DNA of 63,980 bases, filler included, from Ministeria vibrans ATCC 50519 (Eukaryota > Protista > Filasterea), in NCBI GenBank assembly GCA_943704425.1. It is 9 parts of 9 records of this genome, joined end to end, with 100 filler letters (N's around TTAATTAATTAA, not from the genome) between each part and the next. Parts side by side here need not be neighbours in the genome. Positions count along the whole stretch, not along the records: positions 1 to 11,308 come from CALSCP010002382.1; positions 11,409 to 23,280 come from CALSCP010001221.1; 7 more parts are not named here. One strand, 5' to 3'. The position numbers and the translations under genes are program-made. The stretch's first letter is position 1; each line of letters begins with the position of its first letter. Below, piece after piece: positions 1 through 11,476 of this stretch. The notes beneath the pieces were generated by a model. It was not told the origin of the DNA. It saw only the letters and a program-made list of their open reading frames with translations, and did not search any database.

Positions 1-107
<107 letters not shown>

Positions 108-115
108 GTACATAG

Positions 116-310
116 GTCAACTCCATCTTCCTCCTAAGCTCGCAAGCGACTAACGAGGCCTTTGAGAACATCCTTACGAGCGCGCGTCCGCCTCGTAAGA
201 TCTGGGTGTGCCATTGGGCTCTGCGACTGTGGGTGTCAGTCTACATGCATTTGCCTGATTCCTTTCAGGAATGGACTGCCCGCTCGACCTTTGGTGTTGT
301 GGGTTCCTAG
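116..310 (+). CDS. 3' end of an unknown protein (2 exons: 116-205, 269-310)
   Basis: Removing GT-AG intron 206-268 gives [30 protein letters not shown]|[13 protein letters not shown]; no family recognised. Confidence 0.5.
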   Translation, partial: VNSIFLLSSQATNEAFENILTSARPPRKIWVCHWALRLWVSVYMHLPDSFQEWTARSTFGVVGS

Positions 311-1196
311 AAGCACCGCAGCACCAGGCTCTGGGTTCTTTCTCAAACGAATTGTAGTCAGTCTTTAAGTCAGATCTCATACATAAACGGGAAAAATGTT
401 CGAGTATAAAAATTAGAAGAAGAAGAAGATTTTATTTTATTCACAATCACAAACGAAAAACTAATAATTGTATAGAACGTTTTGCATCGGCTTTGGGACA
501 GTCTTGCAAATGGCAAAAAAAAAAAAAGGTTCCAATGCAGGTGGAGCGGAAGAGGCCGGACGACGCTCGGGAAAATCAGTGAGCATTAACGCGAAATTAA
601 CGCTGTGTCGCTGGACGCGGGTACGGACGAAGCAGAGCTCAAGCGGGTGCTTGTGTGGCGGTCTCACGCGATTGAGACGAGTGGAGAGGACACTGTAAAA
701 ATTGGCGCGCCAGCACTTGGGCACGCAAAGATGGCGCGCTCGATGTGGTCGAAAAAGTCACGCTGTCGACCGCCATCACCGTATGCAAGGCTGTGTCTGC
801 CAACTCGACGTCAGGGGGCACGCAGCTGACGACCGAGGAGTTGGACCGTGTCAAGGCTGACGTCCCTGGGGGGAGGTCCTTCGAAGGTCCTCCGAAGGTC
901 CCTCTTTCGTCCTTCTGTCGAACTTCTGTCCTGCCTGGCTGGGACATTATTTTCCTTCTGCACGTCTAACCCTATCTCGGACCTCGGTGAGACACTTAAT
1001 TGTCACGGTGTCAATTAAATCCTACGCTAATCGAACTTTTCCGTTGTGTGAGGTTCGTGTGAGGCGCAAAAAAATTCTTCATATTCATAAGTTGTGCACA
1101 CTTTGTGCACACACACAACGAAATAAGCGAATTAACTTCAAATTAAGTTTAGTGCAATCCTTGATTATACAGTGTGGAGTGTTTACTGTGCTCACT

Positions 1197-3123
1197 ATGC
1201 GTTGGCTATTCGTCGCAAGGACTCTATTTTTCATTCTCGTGATGGGCGTCTTTTACATTATTGTGATTGTCCCGTCGCCTCACTCCACGGAGGTCGCCGG
1301 ACAACCTTCACGTCGTGCTGCTGTGACTGAACAAGCAAGCGAGGCTGAGGGCGACGCATATCGTAATGTGGAAACTGAAACTGAAACCGATCGCGATGTT
1401 TTTGGACCTTTTTTTATTCTCGATCCGACCGAGGCGCAATCTGCGGCTGGACGCCTTGAACTGAAGTATCGCAAGTGGCTATCAAAGTCGGAAAGGCTCC
1501 ACGCGTACACACCACCCTATGTCGGATCTTGTTTTGCCTACGTTCCAGAGTGTGCCGCTCTTGCTCGTCACCCGAAATTATGGGAGCTTGCGCGTGCCCA
1601 CATGAAGGATCCACTGCTAAACAGTGTTGAGGTACTTTCATTTCCATTTACATTATAATGATTCTTCTTCTTCTCCTATATAAAAGTAATAATAATAAGA
1701 AGAAGAAGAAATTGATGATACAGTCATAATATTAATAAGAAGAAATTACTGATACAGTTAACGGGTCACAGCCAGACCAATTAAGAAGAATATTTTTATG
1801 TTTTCTCTATCAACTCTTTTCTTATTAGCAACAAATTCGAGGGCCTGGAGCACGTCATCGTTGGCACGGCGATATCGAGGCCTTGTGGTGCCCCGAGGCG
1901 CTTGTGGTGTGGCTTGGGCTAAACAACACACGTGAAGCATCGCCCTACGTTGTACCTGGCAGCTCACAGGATCCCTTGGTACAATTTGAGCCTGGCATGA
2001 ACGTGGAACCACATGAATTAATGTTGGACAAAACGGACACAGAGCGGCTTCAGCGTCAGATTGCCCCCATTCTTCGCTCCGGTCGCAAAGTGCAGCGTTT
2101 TTCACTCGAACCTGGACAGGTGGTCGCGTGGCGCCCAGGCGTGTGGCACGCTACCCTCAACTCACAACGCAAGGCGGTTCGTTCGTCTGTCATTCTCCGC
2201 TTCATGCCAGCCCACTGTGCAGCGCGCTTCACGGACAACTTCCAGACCATCCCTGTCCAACTCAAGTCCTTGCTGATCCCCGTTGCAATCGACATGAACA
2301 CGAACGCGCCGGTGACACGTGCACGCTCCCTTCTGCAAGGACCTCTTGTCGACCTCGAGCAATCTTTCACGCAGTCCTCTGCAGAGAGTGTCGTACTACT
2401 GGATGTGGGACGGGAGGAAAACCACAGTGCGTCACGCTTCCTCTCGGCCGCACGTCAGGGACCGCTGCTTGCCTATCCGCTTGTGACTCGCTACCGTCCG
2501 TGCGAGAGCCCAATGCAAAGTGACTTTAACTACAAGAAGCTCTGCGTTCGCCAGGTTGTCTCCACTACCGCCACTGCAGACAGTCTTGCGGCCATCTCGG
2601 CGCACCGCTCAACGCAGTGGAAGGGCGACACGCCCCACACGCCCCATTCCCACGCCGACTCGGAGATTATCATTGTTCTGCGCGGCTCCATCGTGGTCAC
2701 ACGTCACCCTCTCTCACCAGCACTTACCCCCAATGCGATTGCTCAACGTCATCTCGTCCATGCCCCAGCAGTCATTGTCGTTCCCGCTACGCCCGCCCCC
2801 AACAACTCAACCCCCTACCACACCAACACGGCTGTTTCCGATTCTGCCGAGTACCTTTGCGTTCACTTCCAGGGACGTCCCGCTGCATCAACCTCACACC
2901 CGACTGCACCTTCCTACTGTCACCCGAGTATCTATAATACCATTCTGCCTCGCGATTGGAACAAAACACGCACCATGTCGCATCGCTTCTTTCACCGCAA
3001 GGTATCATTTAAGTCGCAGAAAATAAAAATACCCCGTTATGATAAAAATATAATAATTAAATTAATAATATTAATAATAATAATTATAATAAGAAAATTA
3101 ATAGAAAATCAAGAGCTGTACTC

Positions 3124-3183
<60 letters not shown>

Positions 3184-3483
3184 AGACGTAAACCAATCTT
3201 TTTTTTACAGTGTCGTACGCGCGACTTGTTTACCCTGGAGGGCCACTCGACGGTCCTGGCGCCTGGGACTGGGTATGCGCCGCATCAAGACACGTACGCC
3301 GTGCTCATTGTGATCCTGGAGGGCACGCCGGAGCTCACCCACTCGGGCCCAGGCAAGCCCGAGATTCGCACAACTCTCGCCAAGGGCGACTCAATCCTCG
3401 TTCCGGAAGGCTCGCGTTTTGGCATGTGGAATCGCGCTGAGCTCCATAGCGCACACATTGCTCTTGAGTTTCATGCCAATTGA
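1197..3483 (+). CDS. Signal-anchored PhyH-like Fe(II)/2-oxoglutarate dioxygenase fused to two cupin domains (~626 aa; exons 1197-1631, 1829-3001, 3211-3483)
   Basis: N-terminal hydrophobic helix; spliced frame gives WHGD (HxD), VVWLGL, WHATLN and RSSVILRF; then cupin motifs PHTPHSHADSEIIIVLRG...PYHTN and YAPHQD...VILEG...LAKGDSILVP. Confidence 0.75.
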
Positions 3484-3761
3484 AACTCTCTGACATCTGA
3501 CCAAATTTAATGCAGTCCGAATAATTATCGTACATTCTATTCTTCTTCCATTTATTACGTTTTCTTATAATTATAAATCATGGGTTTTTTTTCTTGACGT
3601 TCTCGTATACCTATGGCGGTCTATTGGTGGAAGTATTTAGTATTGCGCTGCTCTTTGTTTTTCATTTGACTTTTGACATTGAGGACAGCTCTCTACTAAT
3701 GTTCTTTATTACGATTTGAAGTGCTAAAGTGAGTAAAGTACTCTAATTGATCATTTTGAAG

Positions 3762-5560
3762 ATGTTGGCCCGAATCGCGACATTTGCTCTGGTCCTGGTC
3801 GCGTCGAGGGCTGTTCCCGCACCTACTCCCTCGCAACTAGCATTTATGGAAGTCGAGCTGTCTCAGTTTATGCATTTTGGGTAAGACGGAAGCACAAGCG
3901 ATTCATGATGAGCACTGACTGCTCTCGTACGCAGAATACCGACCTTCTGGGACCCCCCGCTGTCGGCTGGAAACTTCACGTAAGATGTAGAGAGTGGGCA
4001 AAGGGGGCGGGAAGTCGCACTGAAGCGCTCGCGTGCAGCTACCACGACTGCTTCAGCACTGCGCCGTACACAAACGACTCGTACGCGCCCTGCCTCAACC
4101 CCGACCTGTTCCAGCCGCGCCAGCTGGACCCGCGCCAATGGATGAAGGCGGCTAAATCCATGGGCATTGGAGAGATCTGTCTGACGGCCCAGCACGAAGG
4201 AGGTGCGCCAAGCTACCTCCTTGTTTATGCGTTGATTCTTATGCATCGTATTGTATACATTGTATAATTGTATAATAGGTTTCGCTCTGTGGCCTTCCAA
4301 CTTTACTGACTACGGTGTTGCCGCATCCTCCTGGCGCAACGGCAAAGGCGATGTGCTCCGTGAGTTTGCCGATGCAGCGAACGAGGCTGGCATCAAAATC
4401 TGCTACTATCTAAATGCCGCTTCCAACGGTACACCCGCAATATTATTAATATTACTTCATTGAAATGGCTGCGTCTTGCTTTATTCCCAGGCTATCTTGA
4501 TCTTGTCAAGAAACTCAATGCAAAAGAATTCCTAAACGCAGAGCTTGGAATGTTGCGGGAGGTACTGACAACATACGGACCTGTGTATCGGCTGTGGTTT
4601 GACGGGACTCAGCACCATCCGGGCGGGAAGGGCCCCGACGTGTTCCCTCAGGCATTTAAGCAGGCAAGCACTGGGGAATAGTATAAGTGTGTGTGTGTGT
4701 GTGTAAAAGGGAGGAGAAGAAAACAAACTTAAACCCTATCCCTTAATCCCTTATTAGGTGTTTGAGACGATCCGGTCTGTGTCGCCCAACACTCTCATTT
4801 CACCCTACCGTGGTGACATATGCACTCTTCAAACGGGCACTGTCTACACCTTTTCAGGCCCTGAGACCAACACAACAGACCCAGGAAAATGTTCCCGTAT
4901 AGACAAGACAGCACAATGTCGTGGAAATCCCTTTTTTCTCACTCCTCCTTCTCACTGTGTTTCTTTGTCCATTTTTTCTCTCTCACTCTTTGTTTCTTTC
5001 TCTTTTTTTCTTTCTCTTTTTTTCTTTCTCTTATTAGAGCCACAGGAAGGAGGAAATATCTTCAAACCCATTGAAGCACATGGAGTGACAATGCAACAAG
5101 GTAAAACACACAGAGACGGAGACAAAAGACGACACCAAATTCTGTGTGTGGTTTTGTATGTGTGTGTTAGGACCGGACGGGCACAGTGACGCACTGCCTA
5201 CCTATTGGTTTTACCATCCGCGAGTGGGCTATGGGAATGCCTCTCGTTACTTTGAAGACTACATTGGCACTCAGGCACACACACACATTAGCGAAACGCT
5301 GCTCTACTCACACTGTGACATGCTGATAGGGACGAGGACAGAACCTTCTGACAAACATTCCTCCGGACCGCACTGGGCTGATCCCCACTGGCTACGCACA
5401 AGTTATGTCGCAGGTGGGGATTGCGCTTAATTCGACGTTTGGCAGTGCCCTGGCTCAGACGACGCACCAGCAGATGGCGTCGTGTGGTGTACTCCCGCTT
5501 GCATTGCCTCGTCCCCTCACCATTGCCGACTTTGATTACATTGTATGCATGTCTGTCTGT

Positions 5561-5614
<54 letters not shown>

Positions 5615-6069
5615 GACTGCACCTGAGTGTTTGTTTTTCTTGTGTATGCATGGGTGATGGACTGTGACTCGATACCCCTTTTTAACCCTCTCTGTGTGTA
5701 GGTAACGCAAGAGGACATGATCCATGGCCAGCGTATTGGCAACTACTCCATTGAGTATCGTGCGTCTCCCTCCAGTCCCTGGCGCACTCTCGTCCCTCCT
5801 GTCCTCCCCGAACCCTCTCTCGTGACTGACCCACCGGCGGGCCACTCTCCTCGCGACTGTACGTGATGTGCCATGTTAAGAGACAGCAGAGCGTGTGTGT
5901 TGATGCCTCTCTCCGTTTTCTAGCGCATGTTGGGTACAAGCGCATCGACACACCTCTCACCACTGTTCATGACACCATCACTGAGATTCGTCTGCGATGC
6001 CTGCGCGCCATGGAGCTTCCCCTCTATATTCGCAACCTTTCCGTGCACAAGAAGAGTGTTCCGTGGTGA
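3762..6069 (+). CDS. Secreted alpha-L-fucosidase, GH29 (11 exons)
   Basis: Signal peptide MLARIATFALVLVASRA; PTPSQL, FMHFG, LTAQHEGGFALWPS, WRNGKGDVLREF, catalytic WFDG, GRGQNLLTNIPPDRTGLIP, QEDMIHGQRI, VGYKRI. Confidence 0.92.
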
Positions 6070-6165
6070 TTGATGTATGAAAATGAATAAGGTTTTTAGT
6101 TTTTAGTTAAATAAATTAATTATTAGTTTTTACTCACAAAAATTTAACAATTTTCGAATTTTACT

Positions 6166-6406
6166 ATGCTTGTCGGGGAAGTAGAGGTAAACCTATACGC
6201 TTCCTGTCGTGTCACCTCACTTTCTGACACTTTCACTTTTGATTTTTTTTTGTTTTTTTCAAATTTTCAGCTCACAGAAGGACAAAAAGAACGTACGTGC
6301 TGTGCTGGCTCAGGAGCGCACGGGCGCCGCGCACGCTTGCCGTGTCGTGTGTGCCGTCCCTGCTCTGACTGCCCCCTTCTCCTCACTCACTCACTCACTC
6401 ACTCAC

Positions 6407-6451
<45 letters not shown>

Positions 6452-6950
6452 ATCTCTCACTGTAGGCGTTGTTTCGCTGTTTGACGATGTTGCCCAAGAC
6501 GGCGGACAAATCAGCGTCGACGACATTGCTCGCTTGATTCAGGACCTCACTGGCGAGGTTCCCCAGCTCTCCTTGCTCGAGGCGACCATTAAGGCTCTCA
6601 GAATTTCAGGTGAGGCGATGAAACAAACACGACGTTTGCGTTGGCACAGACATTCGCGGCGCATCCTGCTCCCCTGGCCCATCCCGTTTGATGTTTTTGA
6701 TGCCATGGGGCTTTGCATGCACGTTTTCTACTTATGCTGCTGTCGATCGTGCGCGTTGCCGCATGAAATGTCTTCAAAAATCCCCTTTGATCTTTTTTTT
6801 TTTTTCGTTTTTTTTTTTTTTTTTTTTTTTTTTTGCTTTATTTTCACCTCGACACACGCATAAAAACGCTCTTCTACAGTGTTTGCCTCAACGACTTTGT
6901 TCCACAAGACACGAAGGTCGCCCATTCGAATAAACTTTACTGATTGATAT
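6166..6950 (+). CDS. Small degenerate calmodulin/EF-hand-like protein; 3' exon uncertain
   Basis: Spliced MLVGEVE|LTEGQKE|RVVSLFDDVAQDGGQISVDDIARLIQDLTGEVPQLSLLEATIKAL resembles a calmodulin N-lobe. Confidence 0.55.
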
Positions 6951-7033
6951 TTGATTGTGGAGTGATTGATGATTGATCATCCATAAGTCATAACTCATAA
7001 TTAAACTTCATTTCAGAATCGAGACATAACCAC

Positions 7034-9985
7034 ATGAGCGAACCCGACTGGAAGGCATTGAAAGTGGCAGATCTGCGGGCCCACGCGCGGGAGGCGGGGG
7101 TCGAGGCGACGGGGCTGAAGACGGCGCTGGTGCAGCGACTTCACGACGACTGGCTGGCGCGCCACGCCCCGCCTGCCGCCCCGCCCGCCGCCTCAGACGA
7201 CCCCCATCCGCCACCTGCCGCCCCCGAGCCCGCCGCCGAAGGTGCCATACACACACAATATCTCTTTTTCTCTCTTTTTCGCTCTCTTTTTTTTTCAAAA
7301 AAAAAACTCAAAAAAAAACTTAATAGAAGATGTAGGAAATGATCCAGAGGGTGTGGAGGGCGAGGGTACGCACGCTGCGGCTGGGGAGAGCACGGGTGTT
7401 GAGGATGAAGCGACCGCGGGAGCGTGTGAGGCGGCTGAGCGCGGTGTGAAGCGAAAGTTGGATGTGAGCGACGACGAAAAAGACGAAAGCGCAACAACGA
7501 CCAGCACAGCGCAAGCAGACACGGGCAGCGACGAGCCGCCGGCGCAGCGGCAGCGAACGGCCGACGAGGCGCCGGTGGACGACGGGGGCAACTCGGGCGA
7601 TGCGAAGAAGACTGAGTCGCTGCGACGTTTCAACCACTTCCGACAGGTGAGGCTGTCGAATGTGCCGCAAGGCACCGAGGCAGCCACCCTTGGCGAGCTG
7701 GTGAAGGCGTCGGGCGATGCCGAGCGGGTCACGGTGGATGGCGACAGTGCAGCGGTGCTCATGAAGACCCCGGCGGACGCAGCGCAATTGTTGCAAGACG
7801 TCAACTCTACGGCACCCGACAAGTTTAAGATGGGTGACGCGCAGCTGGCGGCGGCCGTGATGCCGTTGTGTCGTGAGGCAATCACGTATGTGGGAAATCT
7901 GCCAATCACGGTGACGGACGAGCAGCTGGAGGAGGAGTTTAGCAAGCACGCAGAGGGGGGTGTTGTCGAGCGCGCCTTTGTGGTGCGCTACCAGGACACG
8001 GGCCGCAGCAAGGGCTACGGCTTTGTGGAGTTCACCAAGCTTGAGCATGCCATCGCAGCACGACAAGCTCTCAACAACAAGACACCTTTCCCGCACCACA
8101 ACGACGTGCGTCTCAAGGTGGAACGCAGCGAGTTGGATCTCGTCGACGCTGCGGCACTTCACTCGTTTATTGTCTTTGTCGCTCAATTTCCCATGGCCCT
8201 TCCCACGCCGCAGCTGCGCGAACTCTTTTCGCCATGCGGAAAGATCACCGACTTTGTGATGAACGCACAGCGCAGCTTTGCCTTTGTCGAATACGACTCG
8301 GCCGAGTCAGCCGAGCGTGCCATCCGCGAAATCAACGGGACGACGTTCCACGGCACGCGCATGCAGATCCGCTTTGCACAACCCGGACGTCGCATCAGCA
8401 CCGCCGCTGGACGCACCAAGCGGCCCGAATATCGCGGCGGCAGCGGCGGCGGCGGAAACATGGGTGGTGGGGGAGGGTACTACTCTGGTGGTGGTGGTGG
8501 GTATCCTCCTTACTCGTCGCCGCATCATGGTGGTGGTCCGTACGGCGGTGGCCCATACGGCGGTCGTGGCGGCTACCACCGACCTCCCTTGCACGGAGGT
8601 GTACCCACTTTCCGCCACCAGAGCTACTATCCTCCGACCGGTAGCCATCGGCCTCCACTAAACTCACGTGCGCCCCTCCAACCCCGTCCCTCCGTCGGCG
8701 GTGGCGGTGGCGGCGGTGGCTATGGTCATCAGATGCCAATGATGCGTGGCGGGAACCCATACGCTGGTGGTGCTGGTGGCGGATATCCTCCGCGTGGTGG
8801 TGGTGGTGGTGGCCCTCGAGGCGGCGGCGGTGGCGGTGGTGGTGGCTTTGACCGTCGTGGACCACCCCCTGACAATCGTGCTGGCAACTATTCTCGCCCT
8901 TCTTTTGGCGGTCCCAACCCTCGTATGCCCCCGCCCGCGCAACAACAACAACAACAACAACAACAACAGCAACAACAGCAACAACAACAACAACAGCAAC
9001 AACAGCAGCAGTCGTCGCAGCAGCAACAGCAGCAAGCACCTCAACAATCGCACTCTGCAGCGCAAGGAGCCAGCGACGAAGCATTGCGTCGTGAGCAGCA
9101 GCAGTTGGCGCAGGAGCGTGCTCGTCTCGAAGAACAGCGTGTTCAGCAGCAACGCGAGCTCCAGGCCGCCTCTCTGCGACAACAACAGCAGCAAGCGGCT
9201 GCGGCTCAGGAGATTCAGAAGCAAATGGCAGAGCTCGACCGGAAGCGTGCCGAGCTGGAGCGTGAACGAAGTGCGGGACGCACCGCAGGCGGCGCCACCA
9301 ACAATGGACCTGCCGTGGAGGCCGGCCAGTATGTCGGTTACGCAGGCCACTACTCGCAGCCACAACAACAACAACAGCAGCAACAACATCCGCAGTTTGG
9401 CCAGCCACAGTATCAACCACAACATCAATCACACCAAACCCAGCAGCAGCAGCATCAACAGCAGCAGCAGCAACCCCATCCGGCCGTTCAGGCTGCGTAC
9501 CAACAGTCTCAGTTTGGCGCATCGGCTGCTCCCACTGCCACCTCGACCTCCGCCGTTGCTGGCACGTCCGCAGCCGGTGCTCCCGCTGGTGCTGCCATGA
9601 CGACACAGCAGCAGTACCAGCAGTACGAGATGCAGCAGCAGCAGTACCAGCAGCAAATGCAGCTGTGGTACGCGCAGCAACAGCAACAGCAACAGCAGCA
9701 GATGCAGCAGACACAACAGCATCAGCATCAGCAGCAGCAGCCCTTCCAGCAGCAACCACACCAGCCTCAAATGCACCAGCAGGTATCCAACACGCGCATA
9801 CAGTCTTTTTTAAGACACATTTGACTACACAACATTGCACTGTTTGACTAAGCACTGACCCCTCCCACGTCGACCTCTCTGTGCAGTTTTCGTCGGGCAC
9901 CCCCCGTCCGCCCGCCTCCTTCTCCTATGCCCCCGGCGGACACACCTCGTATGCCGCGTCCCCCCGTCCTCTCCAGTCACACCAG
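7034..9985 (+). CDS. SAP-domain + three-RRM RNA-binding protein, RAVER1/2-like, with RGG/Gly-Tyr and polyQ tail; 3' end uncertain
   Basis: SAP motif WKALKVADLR...GLKTALVQRL in exon 1 (7034-7241); intron 7242-7325; RRM2 YVGNLP...ERAFVV...TGRSKGYGFVEF; linker AALHSFIVFVAQFP like the Raver LLHSRCLCVDRLP motif. Confidence 0.8.
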
Positions 9986-10382
9986 GTACCCTTTCTTTCC
10001 TAATCTTTACCTTTGTCATCTTTTCCTTTTCGTTTCGCCGCACTCGTTCATAACGTTTTTCTCTTCTCTTCTTTTCTTCTTTCGTTTTCCGTTTTGCTCT
10101 CTCTTTCTCTCTCTGTGTGTGATGCGAATGCGAAGAATAAGATGTCCGGTTCTTATCGCGGAGTTTAATTCAATTGTGTCATTTGCGAATCAAAAACACA
10201 AAACACAGAACAATTGAATTTTCAATATAAAATAAAAACCAAATCAGTCAATCTGAAATTGCGCGGAATATAATAATCTTAATCTCACCCTGAAATTAAT
10301 ATTAATACTGATTGACTATTAATGTGAGGTTCGTTTGTACATTTAAACAACATAAAAAAGAGAAGAGAGAGCGAGAGAATCT

Positions 10383-10590
10383 TTACAGAGTTTTGTCGAG
10401 AAAGTCGAAAAGATCCTAAAAAAAACGAATCGTGAATGAGACACAATTGCACACCAAGTACGATTTATACTTTGTAATGGACAGGAGAATTCGCAGCGAG
10501 AGAGGAACTGTACTTCTGGAGAAGAATCACAAGATCTCCTAACAAACCAATGAGAGAGACAGAGAGTAGAGAGAAAGAAACAAAGCGATG

Positions 10591-10629
<39 letters not shown>

Positions 10630-11214
10630 GAGGGAAAGAGAAACAAAATCAATTCGCAGTAATACTTCAGAGCGTATTCAAATCAATCACAAGGAAACAC
10701 AGACTGAACCCAAAAGCACAAAGATTGAAAGCAATTGATCAGAGTTGTGATGACGAAGACTCGACACAAACAGCATGTATATGGAGGAGAGTGAGTGTCG
10801 ATTGACAGTAAATGTTCAGATCGCAACGGAACACAAGCCCAAAGCACGCATCTCATTCTCCCATGGCACATATTGACTGGTGGACACTGAATGACGAATT
10901 CTCACAAAAACGCACAGAAACTGCTTCGTGAGATTGAGTGTGGGTGAGAGAAGTGAAAGAGAGAGAGAGAGAAAGTGACACAGAAAGAGAAACAGAAAAA
11001 AATATGGGAACAGAACAGAGCAGAACAATGAAAATGCACAGTCCACACATTCACAATTGGAATGTGCCTAATTGGACAGTTATGAAAATGCGGAGTGGCT
11101 CTCACCGGCTGATTTGGTCTCTTTGATGCGCTGGTAAATTCGACCGAATCCGTCACGTAATGGAGCATCGCCAAATGTGAAGTATAGCAATTCGCGCTTT
11201 GCTCTGCTCGCAGC
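10383..11214 (-). CDS. PARG: Poly(ADP-ribose) glycohydrolase, last 3 exons (5' lost at contig end)
   Basis: Spliced AASRAKRELLYFTFGDAPLRDGFGRIYQRIKETKSA|GDLVILLQKY...|DLFDFLDKTL*; YFTFGD and GDL are PARG C-terminal motifs; correct frame absent from the ORF track. Confidence 0.8.
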
Positions 11215-11219
11215 CTAAT

Positions 11220-11308
<89 letters not shown>

Positions 11309-11408
11309 NNNNNNNNNNNNNNNNNNNNNNNNNNNNNNNNNNNNNNNNNNNNTTAATTAATTAANNNNNNNNNNNNNNNNNNNNNNNNNNNNNNNNNNNN
11401 NNNNNNNN
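11309..11408. other. Artificial contig spacer (N44-TTAATTAATTAA-N44)
   Basis: Identical 100-bp linker with six-frame stops; recurs 8 times in the window. Confidence 0.98.
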
Positions 11409-11476
11409 TTTTCTTCTTTATTGAAAGGGGGCGTCGTGTTCTCCTTTGGGCTCAAACTTTGTGTTTTTGGTCGTAG

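Noticed and set aside
8395-9900. Long antisense and alternative-frame ORFs over polyQ/Gly, acidic repeats and microsatellites (also 12469-13800, 23891-24835)
   Set aside because: Shadows of low-complexity, GC3-rich coding sequence or repeats.
7034-11214. PARG plus SAP-RRM protein (and DNA-PKcs) as a DNA-repair gene cluster
   Set aside because: Only two convergent neighbours, DNA-PKcs is on another contig, and there is no evidence of co-regulation.
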